Of a DNA stretch of 64,000 nt, positions 26,872 through 39,048 are shown piece after piece. A model generated the notes under the pieces. It was not told where the DNA came from. It ran no database searches and saw nothing but the letters and a program-made list of their open reading frames with translations. How positions within the stretch are numbered: the first letter of the stretch is position 1; each line of letters opens with the position of its first letter. This DNA is from Eledone cirrhosa (taxonomy: Eukaryota). The stretch covers positions 290,966,001 through 291,030,000 of the forward strand of contig OZ024743.1 of NCBI GenBank assembly GCA_964016885.1, written 5' to 3'. Made by a program: the position numbers and the translations under genes.

Positions 26872-28320
26872 GAAAGTTTAGACATAGATTATTATTTAAT
26901 GGTCTTACGGACGTTTCGCTAGTCAGTCAAGAAAGAACGTTCATCCACATAAGAATAGCTCATCAGGGCCAATTAACTACAAATGATTTACCTCACATGT
27001 TTTAATATACTAGTGGGAGAAATAATTGAAGCTGTAATAACGTTTAAATATGATAGTGAAAACATTTAATTTATGGAGTCCTAAAATGTAATTAAATTTA
27101 AAATTGATAAGATATTTACGGTCAGTAACTATAGAAAAGTCACTAACTATAATATATCGATACAAAAAGAATAACATACACTAAAATAAAACTAGATTTA
27201 TACTAATATGAATTACAATGTCTATTATCACTTCGCAAATCAAGTTACGAAAAAATACTTTCAGAATATATTAAAAGTAACGTTACATTTGTGGAAGCAT
27301 AAGAGGGTAATCAAATATATTTATAATAAAAATAAATATTTAGTGATTTAGAAATCTTTACAGACTAAATTATATCAGTAAAAAGGACATAATTTAAATT
27401 AAAAGTAACGTTGGAAATATACCTTAGGTGGGGCTATAACCATATTATAAAAAGCTGAATAAAATAAACATTTGTGTGTGTGTGTGTGTATGTGTGTGCG
27501 TGTGAATTAAAATTAGGAGTCTAACAAGTTTGGTAGCAAATATGAAAATTACAATTTTCAACTTATGGTAGGTATTAAAGATTATATAAAACAAATTTGT
27601 TCATAAAAATAATTAATTAAGTTTGACGTCGGTATAATTTATTATAAGTCTGAGTTTTCGTAAAACAAGTGAAAATATTCTATCTGCCCAGGAAGAGATT
27701 ATTTCATTTTTTTTTTTATTGAAAAGGATAATTGTTAGGTTGTAATAATTTTACTTCAGTGATAGAAAGATTGCATTTAGTTTTACTCATCCATCAGGTT
27801 TTGTAGAATTAATGAAGTTCTACTTAAGAGAATATCTTATGTTAACGTTTGTAAACTCCAGATTAATTTACCTAAGGAAGTGGATTAAAAATAAAAAAAA
27901 TATTCCAGCGTTAAAAGAATGTAAATACGAATAAAATTGAGTCTTAATGTTGTTTACACTTACTCCGATGTAATTCTGAGTGTTATTAAGTGTTGAGATT
28001 TCCCGCAATATCAGTAGATTGTCCGACGCTATGGTTTGCAGCATAGAATTACGGCCCTTTACGCTCTGAGTTCAAATCCTGCCGAGGTTAACTTTGCCTT
28101 TCATCCTTACGGAGTCGATAAAATAAAGCACCAGTAATGCACTGGAATAATTGCTGGCCTTGTGCCAAACATAGAAACGATTATGCCTAAGAGAATTGCT
28201 CCTAAATGGACAAGTGTCAGGGGCCCTACATTCTCAATTCGATATTCGGGTGTTAATATTTTGAAGTCTGTTTAATACAACATCATAGTTAGATGTAGCA
28301 TTATTTATACTAAAAAAACC
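26870..28320 (-). mobile_element. Eroded PLE (family B-related) 3' portion with HHR-like motif at ~26900-26971, interrupted by a SINE
   Basis: Minus-strand peptides PDTCPF, YIGVSVNNIKTQFYSYLHSF and KCNLSITE parallel the family B GIY-YIG. CTGATGA-GCTA...TAGC-GAAAC lies near the (TA)n-bounded end. Confidence 0.6.
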
Positions 28321-28795
28321 TAAGAGTATTATTAGCATCATTAATCTGTTCTATTATCAATATCATTATCAGGGAGGTGGATTATCAGTATCGGCAGAGC
28401 ACGAGACAACATGCTTTGCAATATAGAGTTATGGCAATTTGCGTTCTGTGTTCAATTCCTGCCGAGGTTAGCTTCACTTTTCAACCTCGCGAGGTCGATA
28501 AAATATAGCACAAGTAATGCACTGAGGTCAAATTAACGACTTTCCACTCCTTCAAATTCCTGGCTTTATGTCTAAATCAGAATCAATCAGTAGTATCATT
28601 CTCTGGGCAGTGGATCGGCAGTAAACGGTAGCGCGTCGGACACCATGCTTTGCAGTATATAGTTACGGTCCTTTACGGTGTGAGTTGAAAACCCGACGAT
28701 GCCTTCCATCCTTACGGGATCGATACAAAACAAAAATACAGTAATCCACTGGGTTAATTCCTGGCATTGTGCCAAAAGGAGAAATAATAATAATT
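28020..28795 (+). mobile_element. Cluster of three same-orientation SINE family 1 copies (~28020-28183, 28371-28587, 28605-28795)
   Basis: Each has a B box (GAGTTCAAATCC-like) and the CCTTTCATCC..GTCGATAAAAT block. Confidence 0.85.
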
Positions 28796-29979
28796 ATTAT
28801 TATATCGACTAATCTTAACTGGTATATTGTTATTCTCCTCTTAATGTGTTTAATACGTTTCTTGATATTAGTATTATTAAGTAAGTCTTTAGTGGGGTTG
28901 AAGTATATTTTCCTAATCTAGCATGTGCTTTATCGTAGTATTGAACACTCCGGTCGAACATTCTTTGTTATCAAAATATATCGTTAAAAATAGATTTGAT
29001 GAGACTTTTGGGATGCTTCGAAATATCATGTACATCATAGAGAAATTCATCAAATTGCAGGTGGGGCTGAGTATTTAGAAATTCAAACCTAGTGTGACAT
29101 CGAAGAAATTAACTAATTTTGTATTAGTATCAAAAGTTCCACTTAAGTTATTGCATTTAAAGACATTTCTAAAGTGCCTTCTAACTCTGTCAAGCTACGA
29201 ATTATGAAAATATCTAAAGGTAAACAGCATCGTGCATATGAATGCCACCTTCCGTGCCAGGGAGTTCATTACTTTATTTATTTCGGAGAAATAACCCAAC
29301 AAGAGCAGTAATATGACCGTGTCGCATGATCACTGAATAATTGTTTCTACTTTTTTACTTTTTTTTTTTTATACTTGGATGGGTTTTTTTTCTCCCTATT
29401 CTAAATGCCACCATCAAATTGTATTATAATGCATCTGTATGCCACGTCAATATCAATTTCCGGTCTTTCAATATTAGTGAGCTTCAAGGCTATAACTAGT
29501 GATTTGGTTAGAAGGATAGAGAAGATGTTATGTAATTTAACGATGCCGCACAGGTAAAACTAACTATAGGCCATATTGAATTGGAAATGTTACATAACAA
29601 CAGTATTACTTAAGATGGTGCCTGAGGAAATCGCATTGGTAGTTGCGTAATGATACCATTGCGTAATCATACTCATAACAGAAGAATGTATTGTGGTAGA
29701 TTCTAAATAAAATGAATTATTTTACTACCTATATCATATGTGTGTATGTGTACCTATATCATAAGTACCTATATCATATGTATGTATATATATACAGATA
29801 TATAATTTGTGACATGCGTATTTGTATTGCTGAGACAATTACGATTTTCAGAATGTTTCACATTACATCATTTTACATCTGTTACGGCTATCTAACAACA
29901 TGGTAAAATATTGCAAGCAGTTATTTGCCAATTCCGTACATAATCTTCAATATTTTTCTTGCAAAAATGTGTTCTTCCT

Positions 29980-30085
29980 CGACTACCAGTCTAAAAACAC
30001 CACCGTCGCTAATGCGCACATCCGCAAATAAGAAATTACCTCTTGGGTTCAGAAGGATTGCCCGTACTTCGAAATCTAGACCTGT
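29980..30085 (-). pseudogene. Possible L1/Tx1-type AP-endonuclease fragment
   Basis: Minus-strand frame GLDFEVRAILLNPRGNFLFADVRISDGGVFRLV resembles the DxxGR...FRLVxxYAP segment of LINE endonucleases. The match is short and judged from memory of the family pattern. Confidence 0.4.
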
Positions 30086-30529
30086 AAGATAAACAGTTTC
30101 AAATCGACCCGAGTTATAGGAAAATATTTAACGGCAATTCCTATGGTATTTCACGAAAACATAGTGCTAATGTCAATCAATTATAAGGGTCCGACGTTTT
30201 CAAGTTGCTATATGCAAATGGGTTTATCCACTAAAATTTATATAGACTGTAGTTCACTTTCTCATCAGTATCTTTTGAGTGAGTGTTACTGATAGGTTAA
30301 TGCATCGAAATCAGCTGTCTGGCATCCTCATCTGCTTTGAGAAATCTGTTACATTTTCACAGAATAAAATATATTTTCTTGGCTAGTGAGGATCTTTTAT
30401 GTTTATTATAAATACTGTAACATATATATATGATTCTATATATACGCCTATTATTTTTAATTATTATTATAAAAAAAAATAGTTATACAGGTACTACCAC
30501 CGATATATAAATATATATATATATAGAAA

Positions 30530-30814
<285 letters not shown>

Positions 30815-32116
30815 GATTAGAGCAACAGTGAAATGTACAATTACTTACGTTTCGTTTTGCTTTTTACCCCAACTTAGTCAGTCTCTCAGAAAATTGAAAA
30901 TGGCTTCCCATCATGGAGATTTTAGAAAGTAAAGGAGAGTTCTAAGTGTAGGTAATCCGGACATATATAATTAGACAAATTCCTTCAATATTGCAAGTGA
31001 AAACGGAGGTAAATATAACAAAACTTCAATCTAGGTAACTTGTGTTTAAGGGGAATCTCAGTAGTTAAGTTAAAATATCGAAGAAAACAAATTCATTTAT
31101 TACGGTCTAGACCATTATATTTCGAACATATGTGCGTCATGAGGACAGCGACTGAAGCAGTCAAGGCGCTTATTTAAGCAGTGTTTCACTAAAGTCTGCT
31201 GTGAGAGTATATTCCAATTCTCTTTGTTACACCATAAGAAAAACACTTTGTCCTATTGAAGTGTGGGTGTGGGTGGGGGTGGGGTTTTTCCAATATGATC
31301 CATTTAACGGCACATTGCACGAATATATTAGATTAAATCTTGATAGAGTAAGAAAACTCTATTTACATTTCCCTGAAGATAGAATGAGGAATAAAGGATG
31401 AAACAGAAAGATAGAAAATGGGAAGCCAGAGACGGAGAAACAGGTCTTGAGAAAAGGCATGCAATGACGGTATTTTAGTATGAAACGCGACTGGAAAAGG
31501 AATGTCAATTCATCTATCGGTCATTATAACAAGTCAAAAGTGCTTTTCAGTTAAAAATTAACTGAAATTTGATTTAAGAACTCTATTGGATATGAGAAAA
31601 TGTCTAAATTAATTTCTGAATATGAAGTGTTAGATTGTGATAATTATAAAGACGGTGATGATGCGTAAAATGATGGAGAGATCGTGATGAATGTAATGAG
31701 GAGTACAATTATGATGACAATGATGACGCTCATAATAAAGATCTAGATCGTTATAACGATGATTATGGTGGTGAAGTTCATGGAAATGATTATGTTGATA
31801 TGACTGGTAATCCTAATGATGTGGTTCGTGAAAATATTGATAAAAAATCCTTCTGATGTTCAACATGATTGACGAAAATTTCATAGCCACCTCTAAGTAA
31901 TCATCATTACCATTGCTACAAACAAGATCAGTATCATGAAACGAGTATTCATCGTTTACTTGAAGATTCCCATCATCACCATCATCATAACATCAAGCAC
32001 TATTATCCATATCATCATCGTTTTTCATCTTCACCGTCAACATCTTTCTAATTTCTATAAGATTATCGTTAATGTTTATTATCGTCATCACCATCGCTAT
32101 ATATACTACCAATAGT

Positions 32117-32325
32117 CGGTGGATTGGCAGTATCGGTGGATTGGCAGTATCGGTTGAGGGGCGGACGCCATGCTTTGACGCATAGAGTTAGGGCCCTAGC
32201 CATTCTGAGTTCAAATCCCGCCGAAGTTAACTTTGCCTTTCAACCTTACGGGGTCGATAAAATAAAGGACCAGTAATGCACTAGGTAATTGCTGGCATTG
32301 TGACAAAAGTAGAAACAATTATTAT
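32117..32325 (+). mobile_element. SINE family 1 copy with tandemly duplicated 17 bp head
   Basis: CGGTGGATTGGCAGTAT occurs twice, followed by a full body. Confidence 0.9.
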
Positions 32326-32412
32326 GATGTCGTTCAGGGTGTGTTCATGATGATAAGGATGATGATGTTTGTACAAGAAAAAATAGTGATGATGACATGA
32401 ATAATAGGAATA

Positions 32413-32622
32413 ACAATTGTTTCTACTTTTGGTACAGGGCCAGCAAATTATCCAATACATTACTGGTACTTTATTTTATCGACCTCGTAAGGATGAAAGG
32501 CAAAGCTAAAATCCCGTGGATGTTAACTTTGCCATTCATCCTTACGGGTTCGATAAAATAAAGTACCAGTAATGTACTGGGTATATGCTCGCTTTGTGCC
32601 AAAAGTAGAAACAATTATTATT
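32413..32622. mobile_element. Head-to-head fusion of two SINE family 1 3' halves (palindrome)
   Basis: 32413-32508 (-) and 32522-32622 (+) both break just upstream of the CTTTGCCTTTCATCC block. Confidence 0.85.
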
Positions 32623-34559
32623 CCTATCATTCATGTGATCATCACCATTTTTGCTTCTACAACTATCATTCTCCTTATCATCATCACCACCATCATCAAC
32701 AGCGGCATCATTAGCGACATCATCCTCATCATCATCAGCAGCAGCAACATCATTGCCATCTTCATCAACAGTATTGTTGTTTCACGATGCCTTTCCGATC
32801 GTATTATCAATAAAAATAACGACTCCAACGTCCGTAGGACAACAAAAAGAATAAAAGTGGATGGACAAATATATACATCAAAGCCCTGCTTATTAAACCA
32901 AGAGTCTATACATATATTACTATCATGCAAAATTAGTGTACAAAAAGATGGTGATGAGGATTTTGCTGATGATGATGGTGAGGTTAAATGTGATGCTGAG
33001 GTCTTAATTCTATTGTCGTTCCGATGTTGTTTGTGATAATAATGATATCGACGGTGTAGTTTATGACGATGATGATGGTGATGGCGATGGTGGAGGCTGG
33101 AGATGTGTATGAAAGCGTTGTTAATGATGACGATGATGTTGATGTTCTTGGTAATGACGTTGATGATGATGATGACGCTGGAGCTGGTGTTTCTTTTTTT
33201 GGGGGGGGGGAGGGGGAGTTGCCGTTGACGATATATTGGAAGGCGTTATTAGAGAGGAAGATGATAATGTTGTTAATGATAATGGTAATGGCAATATTAT
33301 CAGTAAATTTTGCTTGAGGAAGAAGAAGAAGAAGAAGAAGAAGAAGAAGAAGAAGAAGAAGAAGAAGAAGAAGAAGAAGAAGAAGAAGAAGAAGAAGAAG
33401 AAGAAGATTCAAATCAACAACAATATCACGAGTATGAAAATCAAAGTCGTATCAACAACTATTAGAATAAAATTACCGAAGTAGACATTTGATGAAAGTT
33501 ATCTTAGTGCTTACTAAATTATTATTAGAAATATACACCAACATAGATATTATACGGCGTACACAGCCGTATTCATATTCTTGCAATGTTATACTAGTAC
33601 ACTAATAAACACCTTACAAACAATAACTATATAGAACGATGCCAACGATAAGAACAATATATAACATCATGATAAAAGCTAACTGCTTCAAAGCAGACGT
33701 TGCTTTAATCTAGTTAATGAAAAACACACGCATGTACGCACACACACAGTCATAGTAGCATCAAAACTATATTAGTATTTATATGAATACACTTACGTCT
33801 GTCTCTTCTCTTTTTCTTTCTCTCTCATTATATATATATTTATGTGCGTGTGTGTGTAAATACACAGACACACATGGACGCATATACACACTCACACACA
33901 CATAAACCACACACACACACACATATCTGTGTGCGTTGGTGTGTGTGTGTGTGTGTGCGTGTGTGTATGTGTGTGCGCGTGTTGACATTATTCTGGTTTT
34001 CGATGCTATTATCTACTGCAGAGTATATCTAGATATTTAAACCAACATTGTATGAAACCGATAAATGCCTGCAGCCTGTCGTCGTATATATTATTGAACT
34101 GAAGATCAGGGTACAACTGTTCTAGGTTCATACTTGAGACGAGTTTTTATCAGATTCTGAATTGGTTCTTAACTACACGGTAGTACTATTTCTTGATTTA
34201 AAAGAAAAATCATGATAAATGGGGCACACTATTTACGAAATTAGAAATAAAATGTTGACGCTGATTATGTATATCACAAATAGTTTTAAGCGAACATATC
34301 ACTGGCATTGACCTGTTTCCTCAAATCTCGGTATTTTTACCATACCTGCAACTGAGAGAATAAAATAATTAAATATATACATTTAATTGAAGTGTGTTAA
34401 GCATGTGTGTTGAACCTCCATTAGCTCCGACGATGCGTGCTATAGTTTATCGAACCATGGAATAGATTCCTCATGAAATTACTATGTAAGTGCCTGAGAA
34501 TTTCAAATCCACATGTACGCCTCGGTTCACAAGGTGTTCCAGCGAGAAACAATGTGGGT

Positions 34560-34805
34560 AAAAGTATACCTTAATAAAAGAATGCGCCGCTTGGTATTGA
34601 ACACAGTGAGTTTCAACGGTATATGTGGTTACAGCAATGGACGCTCTTGTGCTGTTTCTATCAAATATATGGAGTATATTTCGAATCAGTGGAACTATCT
34701 CCGTTTTATTTCTATACAAGAAAGACAACAATTTTTTAAGATTGTTTGATTCGATACTACTTTTTTTGTGTTGACTGCATGCTCATATATGGACTGTACC
34801 CCTTC
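34560..34805 (+). pseudogene. Possible Tc1/mariner transposase relic
   Basis: ATGTGGTTACAGCAATGGACGCT resembles the MWFQQDGA motif, and a WPxxSPDLxP-like remnant lies near 34770-34803. Very eroded. Confidence 0.3.
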
Positions 34806-36074
34806 ACAAGTTCAGCTAGGTCCCTGTCGTCTTAATACTGCTGAGTTAGTTCAGAGGTAGGTGTGGAAACGGCCGGAGCTCAGCCATCGGGTCCTGACTC
34901 TTTTCTCATATATATATATATATATAAATATATATATATATATGTATATTTCTATATATACACATACACACATGTATGTATTCACACGCATGTATATGTA
35001 CATTTATATAGATATAGATGAATAGATATGTATATGTAAAGGACTGGTGTATTTACCCGATAAATGTAATGTAACTGTAGGACAATGTGAACATTCCAAC
35101 AATGTGTTATAAATAATATTGATTTCAGAAATAACATCAACATATATAAAGCTAATGTATATTCCGTACTTACTTGAAATATCGGCAAAACTATTCAACT
35201 AGATTGATTTCGCACATGACAATTGTCGGACATCTAAGTACACCTTTCTCACCGACAAAATCTCCTCGGCACACAATATGTATGTTTACACTCAAACACA
35301 CCACATTATTATGAACCTTCCATAAAGCAACACTTGTTTAATCTCTTACATTGACAATCAGTGTGGTCAGTAACATACTTGTTACACCTGCAACATAATT
35401 GTTAAATGGCTAACATCATAATTTTAAGAACTATACACACATTTCCCGTAAATGCTGTTCACACATTGGAAAATATGTTGACGTTAATGATAATAATTTC
35501 CCAGTTCACATAAGCAACTGGTCTAATTTCATAGGAACCGCCTGAATTTCAGCTGTAATTATATTACCAATTCGGAAATCATCATCGCATATGAATCACA
35601 AAATCAGTTGTAAAACTGCCCGTGTAGAAACATAAAGATCCATTTCTGACAATAGACAGATAATGTTATCCCTATGGTATACATTAGTGCAGTCTAACTT
35701 CCAGAAACAATTTAGATATAGCCTAAAGATACAGAAGAATGCTGAATGAGAGATTTAAATAGCACTGCTTAAACCTTAACACCTTATTCAGAATATATAA
35801 TTATATGCAAAATGACTGATGGTACATGAAAAAATAAAATAATAGATTTCAAAAGTTGAAAATTCTTCGTCGCTTGAAGCCGAGCCTCTATAAACAGTTG
35901 AGAAGGAATACTGGGGAAAAGAAATACCAGCGCTGAACAGCACCTAGAGGGGCAACGAATATTTGATCCATTTGTGATTAACCGCAGGCGTCAATGTTTA
36001 GGCCTTTTTCTTCCTCAGGTTTTAAGTACACGAATTATTAAAAAATTTATGATAATTTTCAGCTATTGGTTAAG

Positions 36075-36410
36075 GTGACGGCGCGTCGCTTAGTGTTTAG
36101 AGCATTGGACTTGCAATTCAGAAGTTGTGATCTCGATTCTCGGATCGGGTGATGCATTGTTTCCTTCAGCAAGACACTTTGTTTCACGTTGCTCCAGTTT
36201 ACTCAGCTGTAGAAATGAGTTGCGACGGCACTAGTGCCAAGCTGTATCAGCCATTGCCTTTCCCTTGGACAACATCGGTTGTGTTGAGAGGGGAGACTTG
36301 TATGCATGGGCGACTTCCACAAAACAAACTATTTCCAGGCTTGAGCCTTGAAGGGAAACTTCCAAGGTGCAAAACCATAGTCATTCGTGAACGTGTGGAG
36401 CCGTTATATA
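36075..36410 (+). mobile_element. CORE-type tRNA-derived SINE (family 2), near full length
   Basis: A-box-like GGCGCGTCGCTTAGTG, B-box-like TCGATTC and CORE-like TCCTTCAGCAAGACACTTT..CACGTTGCTCCAG. A degenerate opposite-strand copy lies at ~36990-37200. Confidence 0.75.
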
Positions 36411-36479
36411 TTGGTTAAGATATATTATGGAATGTAACATTTGACAGGACATCATGTTCGAAAACGAAATTGGTTTTTG

Positions 36480-36970
36480 TTTTTGAATTTGCTTTGCAAG
36501 ATTTCTTATCTGGAAATGTTGAAACAGATATTGTTATATTTTGGGAGGGTCATGCTGCCGATAAAAATACACGCACCTCTGGTAAGCACTTCAATTCATT
36601 ATACATTTGCGGTTGTTTGATTGGTTCGATAACCGGATGGATGTTTATGTATTGTCGAAGCTCGTTCGTGTAACATTCTGTGACTTCCTCAGTGACTGGG
36701 TTTTTCTTTTGTGTCCTACAACATCTTATTTTTGTGTGTTGTCAACAGACAAAAACAAGTAGGATAGAACAAAGGAGGAACACTAAATAAAAAACCCACA
36801 GGGGAGGTCACAGAACGTGTGACGAAAGAGCTTTGACAATATATAAACAACCATCCGGTTATCGAAACAACCAACCAACCAACCAACTGAAATCTATAAT
36901 AAACTGAAGTGAAGACTAACAGGTGTGTTGTTTTTATTTGCAGCATGTCCCTCCCAAAGTATAACAACAT
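36480..36970. mobile_element. Inverted pair of family A pLTR fragments, each with an HHR remnant
   Basis: 36480-36740 (-) and 36745-36970 (+) both match 17230-17530. HHR remnants lie at 36654-36696 (-) and ~36795-36838 (+). Confidence 0.8.
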
Positions 36971-37210
36971 ATATATATTAAAGTAAAAAATAACCATAGG
37001 ATTTGCACCTAGAACATTCCCCTCCGAGTCAAAAGACCGAGCAAGGTTGTTTATAGTAGACCATTCATGACAGCCTACCCTCGCCACGCCACCAAGGGAT
37101 ATGCAATGGCAGATACACCTCAGTACCAGTGACGTCGCAACTCATTTATAAAGCTAAGTAAACCTTAAATAAAATGTCCCTCTCAAGGACACAGCGCATG
37201 ACACACACCG

Positions 37211-37248
<38 letters not shown>

Positions 37249-37250
37249 TT

Positions 37251-37368
37251 AAAATAACAGATTAAAGTGTAAGCAAAGAATCGCTGCTTTGATCCTTAAC
37301 TGGATCTTCTGAAGATCCCGTTAAGGGTGAAAGCAGCGATTCTTTGCTAAATTTTAATCTGTTATTTG
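37251..37368. repeat. ~58 bp-arm palindrome pivoting on a CTGAAGA hammerhead-core-like sequence
   Basis: AAATAACAGATTAAA...GGATCTTCTGAAGATCCCGTTAAGGGTGAAAGC...TTTAATCTGTTATTT. Confidence 0.75.
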
Positions 37369-37459
37369 AATAAATATTTGGTCTATGGTTTGTATATATT
37401 TGATATATATTTATCCTTATCGAGCCATCTTAGGACTTAGTCTTCACATTTATTATTAT

Positions 37460-37572
<113 letters not shown>

Positions 37573-37602
37573 AAAGAATAGAGGTGTAACACACAAGTTA
37601 TT

Positions 37603-37993
37603 ATATATTGGTAAACGGAATAGAAAATGCTGACAAATTGTTCACAGTTGAAAAATGGTTTAATTAGGAATAAAAAGTATTAGTGATTGTATGGGTTTGT
37701 ATTCAGTTGTGGTTTTAAGTTTTTAAGTTTTTACCGGTTGCGCATTTCTAAATGCTTTTCAAAAATAATTTTGAGATAGAGTGTCCGTGCTGTTTGCTCA
37801 GATCAGAGCAAACAGCACGGACACTCTATCTCAAAATGATTTTTGAAAAGCATTTAGAAATGCGCAACCGGTAAAAACTTAAAAACTTAAAACCACAACT
37901 GAATACAAACCCATACGATCACTAATACTTTTTATTCCTAATTAAACCATTTTTCAACTGTGAACAATTTGTCAGCATTTTCTATTCCGGTTA

Positions 37994-38002
<9 letters not shown>
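37603..38002. repeat. Near-perfect ~400 bp palindrome containing a variant HHR on each arm
   Basis: Arms of ~200 bp with only a few mismatches, centre at ~37803. The + arm (37839-37877) reads TTT-TTGAAAA-GCAT..ATGC-GCAA-CCGG-TA-AAA. Confidence 0.9.
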
Positions 38003-38072
<70 letters not shown>

Positions 38073-38277
38073 AGTTTGGAGAACAGTCAGATGAAGTTTA
38101 CCTAATTTTTCTTCTTGGTCCGTAGAAATTAACTAGACAAGTAATCATATGTATATATGTATGTATGAAAAAGGTAAACAGAACTAACAATACAATCGGT
38201 ATAGTATATGGAAGGAATATATTAGTTTAACGCTTGAAATAGCAGGAAGAGGAACCTAACCTTTCGGATGCTAGTCC

Positions 38278-38318
<41 letters not shown>

Positions 38319-38328
<10 letters not shown>

Positions 38329-39040
38329 CGTAAAATAAGAAAATATTTTTTTAAAAAAATTTTAAAAAAATTTTTTACTTACTTACTTAAATTTTCACTC
38401 CAACTAATTAGTTTCTGCAATGGGATAAAGACAGTTACGTAATCCAACTGTCGAGAATTCATTGCGTCATCAGGGAGTCTATTCTCAGTTAAGTCTCCAG
38501 GCAATGCGCGGACACTGGCGGCTCATATAAAAATAATAATAATTCGGTAGATCGAACAGATGGCGAGGACTGGATTCCATGTACCGAAATTCTCACTGCT
38601 TCAAGTCAAATGGCCGATTCTAAAGAATCAATCACGTGACACAGAGGCTAGTTAGAAGGAATGGGATGGTAAGATGACTGACGCCTACCAACACCCCAAA
38701 AAAAAAAATTTTTTTAGAAGTGGTTTTGGCAAGTTTGCTCGACAAATCAGTGATTTGGAGATAAATATAGATAATTTAATAAATCAACTAACATAAGCGC
38801 ACAGATGCACGCCCATGCTAGCAAATACACAGGTTATGTCATAGTACCTAGGTGGTTCAATGCAGGAGAATGCAGAACAATAATATAAAAGACGTAAGAT
38901 AAGAAAATATTTTTAAAAAAATATTTTTTAAAAATTTTTTACTTACTTAAATTTTCACTCCAACTAATTAGTTTCTGCAATGGGATAAAGACAGTTACGT
39001 ATTCCAACTGTCGAGAATTCATTGCGTCATCAGGGAGTCT
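38319..39040 (-). repeat. Inverted ~1.3 monomers of the 560 bp HHR repeat (HHRs at 38397-38478 and 38957-39038)
   Basis: Reverse complement of the array monomer. It starts directly after (TA)n. Confidence 0.95.
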
Positions 39041-39048
39041 GCGTCATC

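Larger units (their letters stand above)
31640..33410. repeat. Degenerate (GAT/CAT)n trinucleotide region ending in a perfect (GAA)~29 tract (33319-33407)
   Basis: Read directly from the sequence. Confidence 0.9.

Noticed and set aside
32572-33484. ORFs with poly-Ile, poly-Ser, poly-Leu or poly-Lys runs
   Set aside because: They are products of (CAT)n and (GAA)n trinucleotide repeats.
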